Assembly: GCA_016870135.1 (NCBI GenBank)
Contig: VGCF01000001.1
Span: 9,033-73,032, forward strand
Source: Alphaproteobacteria bacterium
GTDB lineage: Bacteria; Pseudomonadota; Alphaproteobacteria; Holosporales; Holosporaceae
Direction of reading: 5' to 3'
Length of the DNA stretch: 64,000 nt
Shown piece by piece: positions 10,572 through 16,930 of this stretch (position 1 is the stretch's first letter; every line of letters begins with the position of its first letter). Made by a program: the position numbers and the translations under genes. The notes beneath the pieces were generated by a model. The model had not been told where the DNA came from. It ran no database searches and saw nothing but the letters and a program-made list of their open reading frames with translations.

Positions 10572-12230
10572 TCACAGGGTTTCTTGCGCATCAATCGATG
10601 GCCTATTGGATGGCATGGTTTTTAACATATGGGTCATATACAGTTCTAGAAAGGGCAGGGCATGATTAGAAAACTGATCCCATGCTTTGGTCAATTGTAC
10701 GATATCTCCAGAACGAAGGGCGTGCTCTAGGGGTAAGCAGGCTTTTTCCATGATGTCATCGGGATACAGATTTAAAACACGCCGCACTTCGTTTAATGCA
10801 TCTTGGGATTGGTGAGATTTTTGTACCCATAGGCGATCCAGAATGTCGTCACCACTGTTCGCAAGTTCCTCTTCGATGCGGTCATAACTGACATGGCGTG
10901 CCGCATTAATGTGCAACAGTTCCTGCTTACCACTGGATGCATCCTGAGCCATGACACACAACAAGCCATCGGTATCCAAGGACAGGGTGATTTTAATCTT
11001 GGCTTGGCCTTTGGGCTGTGGTTCTATACCTGATAAGTGAAAAACCCCCAAGGATTGGCATCCCGATACCATATCGCGCTCGCCCTGCAGTACATGAATT
11101 TTAATGGATGTCTGTCCGTCTTGCTGGGTGGTAAAAAACAACTCTTTTTCAGCCGGTAAAGGCGCATTGCGTGGAATCAGGCGTTCTACGACTCCGCCAA
11201 AAGTCTCGATCCCCAGGGACAGTGGATTGACATCAAGCAGTAAAAAAGATGACTCATGAACCAAATTATAGGCATAATTTGCCGCACCGCAGGCCACGGC
11301 TGTTTCAGGATTTAACAGGGTGCTGGCAGGACGCCCCAAAAATTCCGTTATTTTTTCTGTTACAAAGGTGCCATGGGTTGACCCACCGACTAAAAAGATC
11401 TGGCATAAATCATCGCACGATATATTTAATTGATCACAGGTTTCTTGGCATACCGTTAAGGTGGATTCAATCAGAGGGTGGACCACTTGTTTCCAGGAAT
11501 CATTGCCATAAATAGAGGACAAATCGCGTCCAGATTCTTTTAGGCTGCGGGCCTTTTCTGCGCCCATGGGATCATCGGGAAACCAGACATGACCCAAGGC
11601 ATAATCGACATCATCGCCCCCCAAGGTGGCATGCCCTCCTGTACCCAAGACACGGAATAACCCTTGTTTTAAGCGGAGAATAGAAAAGTCAAAGGTTCCT
11701 CCACCCAAATCATATACCCCGTACAATCCATCCGTTTCTACGTCGTAACACAGGGCAGCGGCGGTGGGCTCGCTTAATAAGCGCAACACCTGCCAACCCG
11801 CTGTACAGGCCGCATGCTTGATGATTTGTCGACGACTCTCGTCAAAATAGGCCGGAACCGTTACCACGGCCTCTGAAATATCATGGCCCAAATAATGGAT
11901 CAGATGTTTTTTTATCCCTAAAAACAGATCCACGGCCACTTGAAAAGGACTGCGTCCGTTAAAACATTCGTCCATGATGGGGTCGTAGGCCGAGGCATCC
12001 AACCAGCGCTTGATGGATCGAATTTCTTGGGGACCTTTGGCCGCATCGCCCACTAACACCTGATCACCCACATAGGCCACAATGGATGGAATCAAAGGAC
12101 CAATCATTTGGGGTTTTCTGGCCTGCTCACATAACGCCACACCGCAAAATGTCGTTCCAAAATCAATACCAACGGCCTGGGTGATGGTGCTGCGATGAAC
12201 ACGATCTTGGTCCTGAATATCAACGAACAT
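10572..12230 (-). CDS. hscA: Hsp70-family Fe-S assembly chaperone, HscA-like
   Basis: 552 aa. Actin-like ATPase motifs (GIDFGTTFCGVA, DLGGGTFDFS, FLVGGSTH) followed by a substrate-binding domain. Sits adjacent to the A-type carrier gene. Confidence 0.8.
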   Translation of the reverse strand: MFVDIQDQDRVHRSTITQAVGIDFGTTFCGVALCEQARKPQMIGPLIPSIVAYVGDQVLVGDAAKGPQEIRSIKRWLDASAYDPIMDECFNGRSPFQVAVDLFLGIKKHLIHYLGHDISEAVVTVPAYFDESRRQIIKHAACTAGWQVLRLLSEPTAAALCYDVETDGLYGVYDLGGGTFDFSILRLKQGLFRVLGTGGHATLGGDDVDYALGHVWFPDDPMGAEKARSLKESGRDLSSIYGNDSWKQVVHPLIESTLTVCQETCDQLNISCDDLCQIFLVGGSTHGTFVTEKITEFLGRPASTLLNPETAVACGAANYAYNLVHESSFLLLDVNPLSLGIETFGGVVERLIPRNAPLPAEKELFFTTQQDGQTSIKIHVLQGERDMVSGCQSLGVFHLSGIEPQPKGQAKIKITLSLDTDGLLCVMAQDASSGKQELLHINAARHVSYDRIEEELANSGDDILDRLWVQKSHQSQDALNEVRRVLNLYPDDIMEKACLPLEHALRSGDIVQLTKAWDQFSNHALPFLELYMTHMLKTMPSNRPSIDAQETL

Positions 12231-12846
12231 AGGAATACCTCCCCAATAACAGCATGCGGTTCTTGATGATCAGCTTACACAGGACAGCCCCATTTGACCA
12301 GACATCCAATCGTCTGCTTTACCCCCCGTTTGCATAGAGGGCAAGAACGATAGGCATCTTTGATATGGTTTAGCAAAAAAACCATGCTTTTAAACTATTT
12401 GAATAGATTGAATAGACAAAGTTCAAACAACAGTTCGAATAACAGTTGGAATAAAAAATCCTCTCTATTCGAAAAAACTTTCAATTTTTTTAAACGCACA
12501 TTTTTTTTAAACGCATGTTTTTTAACTGTAGTTTTTTTATTATTAATATTTTATATAAAAACGTTTAAAATGTCAACATTGAATCCATGATCGTTGCAGT
12601 CATCGGGCAGACCCTTTTCAAGCAGAGTACAAAAAACCAAGAGGTGATGGGCAAGGCAGGAAGTGATGGGCAAGGGGGGAGAAAGACACCACCCAATGTT
12701 GTGGCGTACAAACGATAGCCATAAGAAATCATGGCGCAGACCCTTTTGCAGACCCTTTTAAAAGTTGTGGTGTACAAACGATGCAAAGTTGCAAAGTGGA
12801 GAAAAAAGACGTGTGGGTTATGATGGTGCACACAACGATGATTGAC

Positions 12847-12923
12847 TGGCGGGGGCGACGGGGCTCGAACCCGCGACCTCCGGCGTGACAGACCAGCACT
12901 CTAACCAACTGAGCTACGCCCCC
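12847..12923 (-). tRNA. tRNA-Asp (anticodon GTC)
   Basis: The reverse complement folds as a cloverleaf: GGGGGCG TA GCTC AGTTGGTTA GAGT G CTGGT CTGTCAC GCCGG AGGTC GCGGG TTCGAGC CCCGT CGCCCCC G CCA. The anticodon loop is CT-GTC-AC. CCA is encoded. Confidence 0.93.
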
Positions 12924-13047
12924 ATCTAATCTCTTTAATTTTGACCCACTTTGTTCCGGGCGTCAAGCGTCTTTTGTTAAAAACTTTTTCACCCCACATG
13001 CTGGCCAATGATGGTATGCTGGTTCATCTGTTTTAACAAGAAAATTC

Positions 13048-13614
13048 ATGGTTTTGTTCAAAGAATCACACACCCAATGCGTGGACACCCGTTTTTGCCC
13101 CTTGGTCATTTGTGGCAGCGCACACAAAGAAGGCAACACGATGCATACGGTCCAAGACTTATTGGGCGATGTCCCTATGGTGCATTTATGTGAACGAAAT
13201 ATCGGACCGTATCATGATGAAAGCGCCCACGAAGACGACGATTTTTTGCCTCTGATTCGCCTGCTGGTCAACCATAATCCCCTGGTTTTTGCCACACCTG
13301 TGTATTGGTATAGCATGAGTGGTCGCATGAAAACCTTTTGGGATCGGATTGCGGATTTGCTGTATCACCACAAAGAACTATCTGACCAATTGCAAGGTAA
13401 AACGGCCGCTGTGGTGGCGTCCTCTGCCAGCGGCAAGCCTGATGGCTTTGAAATGCCTTTGGAAAAAACTTTTGCCTATTTAAGAATGAATTATGCGGGC
13501 TGTTGGGATTATATTTTCCCCCTGGAAAAAAACCACGATCACAACCAATGGCAAAAATCATTGGCTCTAGCCCAATGGGAATCATTGAAACAACAGGCGC
13601 TGAATGTGAACTAA
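13048..13614 (+). CDS. flavodoxin-like fold NAD(P)H-dependent FMN reductase family protein
   Basis: 188 aa. Contains ICGSAHKEGNT and FATPVYWYSMSGRMKTFWDRI, typical of the FMN_red/flavodoxin_2 family. Confidence 0.75.
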   Translation: MVLFKESHTQCVDTRFCPLVICGSAHKEGNTMHTVQDLLGDVPMVHLCERNIGPYHDESAHEDDDFLPLIRLLVNHNPLVFATPVYWYSMSGRMKTFWDRIADLLYHHKELSDQLQGKTAAVVASSASGKPDGFEMPLEKTFAYLRMNYAGCWDYIFPLEKNHDHNQWQKSLALAQWESLKQQALNVN

Positions 13615-13753
13615 GATAATGGGCTGAAACAAAAGATATAATAAAAGGAAAAAACTAAACAACATTTCAATAAAAAAAGCGTTAACTTTTTAGTAAACAT
13701 TTTCACCTACTCTGTATAGGTATCAAACAAAACTAAAAAAATGGAGATTAAAA

Positions 13754-14473
13754 ATGAAACATTGTTTATTTGGTGGTGCTTTTAACGCAGCCCATGATCA
13801 TCACCACGATCATCACCACGATCATCACCACGGTCACCACCACGGTCACCACAAAGCCATCAATCTGTTCATGGAAATTGTTGGTCCAAAATGGCGTCAG
13901 GTAGAACGTGTCATGGGTCAATTGCATTGCCCAGAACTCAGCCACACCCAATTGCAAGTCATTCGCGCAGAGGTTGCCTTATTGTGCTCTAACAAGCACC
14001 ACAAGCACAGCGTCAAGCACGCCTTGCACCACTTTTATCATGAATTTGGCGCCCACCATGTGGCCATACACAATCCTTATGTGCAGTTCGGTCCAATCGT
14101 TGCGCGAAAAATCATGCAATTAAAATTGGAATTGTGCCGCCTGAAAACAAAACTGATTCACAAAACCGATTCGATGCGTCAAATTGCATTGTTCAAGGAA
14201 TCCTTCTTGTTGGCCTATGATCGCTTGGGCAGCAAAATGAGTGCATTGCATTCTGCTGATTTGACCGTCAATGAACTAGAGCGCATCAAGCATGAAGTCG
14301 AAAAAGTATCCGAAGTCATTTGCCACAGCAAAGATGCATTTTACAGTTGCGTCGGTGGATTTGGAAAGCATATCGACCCCAGCGTCATTGCCATGGCCGA
14401 AGGGCTAAAGATGCAGTGGCATTCCTTAAAAGAAATGTTGCATCGTAAAGAAAAAGAAATTGCGCGCGCCTAA
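13754..14473 (+). CDS. histidine-rich hypothetical protein
   Basis: 239-aa ORF with GGAG 8 nt upstream of the ATG. The N-terminus is HDHHHDHHHDHHHGHHHGHH. The rest is helical with further HH/HxH and Cys pairs. No signal peptide and no family I recognise. Confidence 0.7.
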   Translation: MKHCLFGGAFNAAHDHHHDHHHDHHHGHHHGHHKAINLFMEIVGPKWRQVERVMGQLHCPELSHTQLQVIRAEVALLCSNKHHKHSVKHALHHFYHEFGAHHVAIHNPYVQFGPIVARKIMQLKLELCRLKTKLIHKTDSMRQIALFKESFLLAYDRLGSKMSALHSADLTVNELERIKHEVEKVSEVICHSKDAFYSCVGGFGKHIDPSVIAMAEGLKMQWHSLKEMLHRKEKEIARA

Positions 14474-14503
14474 AAAATTGCGTGCATCGTTGCTCTTGCT
14501 GTA

Positions 14504-14523
14504 CTGGGGTCTTTTGACCCCAG
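14504..14523 (+). terminator. stem-loop downstream of the His-rich gene (possible terminator)
   Basis: CTGGGGTC-TTTT-GACCCCAG gives a perfect 8-bp stem, 31 nt after the stop. No U-tract follows, so intrinsic-terminator function is uncertain. The equivalent position in repeat unit 2 is degenerate. Confidence 0.3.
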
Positions 14524-14570
14524 GTGGGCAAAATTGTATCAATCATCATCACGTATAGAGGAAGTTCCAT

Positions 14571-14765
14571 ATGTTACTCGATCAGGAGCAAGAAGAAAAA
14601 AAGCTTTCCAACCCACAAAAAGACACCCATATTGATATCAAAAAACTGAACAAGCTGATTGGCCTCACCAGAATTTTTGTATTATTGCGCTGCATTAGTT
14701 TTTTATTTGTTGCTATTGCTTTAATTATAATAATTATTGATAAAATGATTCACAGATTTCTTTAA
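14571..14765 (+). CDS. small tail-anchored membrane protein, cassette ORF A copy 1
   Basis: 64 aa. SD-like AGAGGAA lies 7-8 nt upstream. Charged N-terminus MLLDQEQEEKKLSNPQKDTHIDIKKLNKLIGLTRI, then one hydrophobic segment. Paralog at 15133. Confidence 0.55.
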   Translation: MLLDQEQEEKKLSNPQKDTHIDIKKLNKLIGLTRIFVLLRCISFLFVAIALIIIIIDKMIHRFL

Positions 14766-14837
14766 CTACAATAATTATTGATAAAATGATTCACAGATTT
14801 TAATATAAAAGAAAAAAGCGCAACGATGTCAAGCGTG

Positions 14838-14936
14838 ATGGTCCCTGTTCCCGATTTGACAAGACCACAGATAAAGACCGTGGCCAAGAATCCCAAAAAC
14901 CAAGCGATCACGCAGAACATCCAGCAATACAGGTGA
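14838..14936 (+). CDS. small basic hydrophilic peptide, cassette ORF C copy 1 (an in-frame ATG at 14826 is also possible)
   Basis: Encodes MVPVPDLTRPQIKTVAKNPKNQAITQNIQQYR. Between the two copies, 3 of the 4 nucleotide differences are synonymous in this frame. No clear SD. Confidence 0.4.
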   Translation: MVPVPDLTRPQIKTVAKNPKNQAITQNIQQYR

Positions 14937-14941
14937 CGCGC

Positions 14942-15079
14942 ATGATATGCACACTGATACTGACGCTGTTTAAATATTATCTAGTTTTTTTAGTTGTTTC
15001 TATTGTTTTGATTATTTTTTCTTTTGCCGATGAAATAATTATCGATAAAATGTTCCCGTTTTGTACTGATGTCTTTTGA
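14942..15079 (+). CDS. small hydrophobic peptide, cassette ORF B copy 1
   Basis: 45 aa: MICTLILTLFKYYLVFLVVSIVLIIFSFADEIIIDKMFPFCTDVF. The ATG lies 5 nt after the ORF C stop, and AGGTGA (containing that stop) serves as an SD. Confidence 0.45.
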   Translation: MICTLILTLFKYYLVFLVVSIVLIIFSFADEIIIDKMFPFCTDVF

Positions 15080-15132
15080 CCCTAGGCGGGCAAAATTGCA
15101 TCAACCATCATCACGCATAGAGGAAATCCCAC

Positions 15133-15333
15133 ATGTTACTCGATCAGGAGCAAGAAGAAAAAAAGCTTTCCAACCCACAAAAAGACACCCATATTGATAT
15201 CAAAAAACTGAACATGCTGATTGGCCTCACCAGAATTTTGCACGTATTGTGCGTTATCATTATTTTAATTTTATTACTCATTATTTTGATTTCCTGGATA
15301 GCAACAATATTATTCTATCTTCACGCCCATTGA
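15133..15333 (+). CDS. small tail-anchored membrane protein, cassette ORF A copy 2
   Basis: 66 aa. The first 107 nt differ from copy 1 at one position (K28M). Same AGAGGAA SD. The hydrophobic tail has diverged. Confidence 0.55.
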   Translation: MLLDQEQEEKKLSNPQKDTHIDIKKLNMLIGLTRILHVLCVIIILILLLIILISWIATILFYLHAH

Positions 15334-15560
15334 AACCATGCCATCACCCCTCACGCTTTCTGACTACACAAATGCCCCTTGGCAGTTACCTATTCCCAGT
15401 CTTTACAACCATTAAAGATGATGGATTCATTCGCTAAACTTTGGATCAAATTTTGGTTCAAATGCGCCAGAGTCACCTAATCCTCCATGGCACGCTTGTA
15501 ATAAAATGGTCTATGATATTGGGATATACATTGTTAATGAGCTTGCGTACCGTATCCTTT
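15310..15560 (-). repeat. inverted copy of the rnhB 3' end plus its downstream spacer (partner at 41417-41706)
   Basis: The reverse complement of 15310-15560 aligns with 41417-41706. I count about 20 mismatches and three indels (15, 3 and 21 nt) by manual alignment. Confidence 0.9.
15477..15560 (-). pseudogene. rnhB 3'-terminal gene fragment (non-functional relic)
   Basis: Reads KGYGTQAH*QCISQYHRPFYYKRAMED*. The intact RNase HII tail is KGYGTQAHQQCISQYGLSQHHRPFYCKRAMGE*. The fragment has an in-frame TAA, a 15-nt deletion and nothing upstream of the KGYGT motif. Confidence 0.85.
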
Positions 15561-15570
15561 AGGGTGTAAT

Positions 15571-15597
15571 AAGGATGATAAGGATGATAAGGATGAT
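15571..15597 (+). repeat. 9-bp tandem repeat (AAGGATGAT)x3
   Basis: aaggatgataaggatgataaggatgat sits directly at the junction of the rnhB-derived insert and ends 0 nt before the ATG at 15598. Confidence 0.9.
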
Positions 15598-15723
15598 ATG
15601 AAAGAAGAAAGGCACAATGAGCGATGGCCCCCTGTTCCCGATTTGACAAGACCACAGATAAAGACCGTGGCCAAGAACCCCAAAAACCAGGCGATCACAC
15701 AGAACATCCAGCACTACAGGTGA
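15598..15723 (+). CDS. small basic hydrophilic peptide, cassette ORF C copy 2
   Basis: Encodes MKEERHNERWPPVPDLTRPQIKTVAKNPKNQAITQNIQHYR. AAGGA of the 9-mer repeat lies just upstream. Conserved with 14838-14936, mostly through synonymous changes. Confidence 0.45.
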   Translation: MKEERHNERWPPVPDLTRPQIKTVAKNPKNQAITQNIQHYR

Positions 15724-15728
15724 CGCGC

Positions 15729-15833
15729 ATGATATGCAGACTGATAATGACGCTGTTTAAATATTATTTAATTTTTTTATTTTTTACGATTGTTGCAGTT
15801 GTTGTATTGTTTTTTATCATTTCTCGCTGTTAA
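15729..15833 (+). CDS. small hydrophobic peptide, cassette ORF B copy 2
   Basis: 34 aa: MICRLIMTLFKYYLIFLFFTIVAVVVLFFIISRC. Same AGGTGA-N5-ATG arrangement as copy 1. It is the 3' part of the 69-aa track ORF 15624-15833. Confidence 0.45.
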   Translation: MICRLIMTLFKYYLIFLFFTIVAVVVLFFIISRC

Positions 15834-16022
15834 TTTCACATCAATAGGTAAATGCAATGGATGATTTGTGATTTGCACCATGATGATGGTCTAAACGATC
15901 TGAACATCCAAGTCATCAACCTTTTCCATCACAGCGTAATTCAGCTATGATAAGTATCATAGGGGGCTGGTTGGGCCGCTGAGGTTTGCAAACCCTTTGT
16001 TCAATCATGACAATATAGGATT

Positions 16023-16808
16023 ATGGCTAAAAAAAAGAAAGCAACGGGTAAACGATCTAAAAAATCGTCCTGGTATCCGAAAACTGTTGGTTTTTTAGGC
16101 CTATTTGGCCTTGTTTTGGCGGCATATTGTTATTTCAGTCCTCAATCCAGTTCTATTCCCACGATACAGGGCAGAGATTACCCAAAACGCACACGTGGCC
16201 TTCCTGTAAAACACACCACGTATGCCGTGTATGACCGTTTGGCAGGACAATCAAAAAGCGATGCCACACGCTTGTTACCGCCAGATGAAGTTCCCGATTG
16301 GAATCCTATGGAATCGGAAGAAAAGCCAGATCTGACCCCTGTACCTCAAAGCATTAGCACCTCTGTATCTAAAACCAGTAACGCCTCTGCCTCTGAAAAA
16401 CGTCTTGATACCAATGCGGAAAAACCCCAAACGATACCAACGGATCATAAAGCAACCACAAGGCCAACGCCCGCTTTGAAACCAGCGGGTAAGGCCCAGC
16501 CCCCGGCAGCCAATAAAAAGAACGGGGGTAAGAACGCAGGCAAGCATGATTCAACCAAAAGGATCAAAGCCACAGCATCGGGAAAACTTGCAGGAACTAG
16601 CCTGCGTTTGCAAATTGGATCCATTCAATCAGAGGTCCAAAAAGCAGAAAAAATGATTCAAAATATACGCAAAAAAGGGAAAATCCCACCCCATATGCGT
16701 CCCATGATACAAAAAGCCACCATCAAGGGAAAAACCGTATATCGCGTGATTTTGGTTGGCCATTGTTCGGAAAAAGCTCTAAAGGAATATCAACGGCATC
16801 TGGGATAA
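16023..16808 (+). CDS. SPOR domain-containing membrane-anchored protein
   Basis: 261 aa. Lys-rich N-terminus plus one TM (VGFLGLFGLVLAAYCYF), a Pro/Ser/Thr-rich linker, and a C-terminal SPOR-like fold (LRLQIGSIQSEVQKAEKMIQNIRKKG ... KGKTVYRVILVGHCSEKALKEYQ). Confidence 0.75.
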   Translation: MAKKKKATGKRSKKSSWYPKTVGFLGLFGLVLAAYCYFSPQSSSIPTIQGRDYPKRTRGLPVKHTTYAVYDRLAGQSKSDATRLLPPDEVPDWNPMESEEKPDLTPVPQSISTSVSKTSNASASEKRLDTNAEKPQTIPTDHKATTRPTPALKPAGKAQPPAANKKNGGKNAGKHDSTKRIKATASGKLAGTSLRLQIGSIQSEVQKAEKMIQNIRKKGKIPPHMRPMIQKATIKGKTVYRVILVGHCSEKALKEYQRHLG

Positions 16809-16930
16809 CACTTCTGTTTGGCGCGTTTCACTCGTTGGCTGTCTGAGTCATCGCCCTGACGAACGCTCTATGGAATCCATGGGGGTATTTCAAAATCAAT
16901 ACCTGAAATAAAACAATCCCCATACCCAAG

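Larger units (their letters stand above)
14501..15835 (+). repeat. tandem duplication of a ~562-bp small-ORF cassette (unit 1 14501-15062; unit 2 15063-~15835, interrupted at 15310-15597)
   Basis: Manual alignment: 14501-14677 matches 15063-15239, and 14843-14990 matches 15632-15778. Both are near-identical. The intervening tails have diverged. Confidence 0.9.

Noticed and set aside
12360-12590. The 76-aa low-complexity ORF in the tRNA-Asp spacer as a real gene
   Set aside because: It is built from short AT-rich direct repeats (Asn/Ser/Phe/Lys runs) with no SD. It is kept only as a note within the spacer finding.
15571-15597. Short tandem repeats (the 9-mer x3 here, the 25-mer x2 at 45623, the 6-mer x6 at 28706) as a CRISPR array
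   Set aside because: The repeats are contiguous with no spacers, far too short or too few, and there are no cas genes in the window.
15473-15655. The 60-aa minus-strand ORF containing HPYHPYHPY
   Set aside because: It reads through the (AAGGATGAT)x3 repeat and an out-of-frame part of the dead rnhB fragment. It is an artefact of repeat DNA.
15624-15833. The 69-aa track ORF (MAPCSRFDKTTDKDRGQEPQKPGDHTEHPALQVTRMICRL...) taken as one protein
   Set aside because: All four differences between the two repeat copies in its 5' half are non-synonymous in this frame, while three of the four are synonymous in the +1 frame. Copy 1 also has a 1-nt indel and no start codon in this frame. It is better explained as two short coupled ORFs (15598-15723 and 15729-15833).
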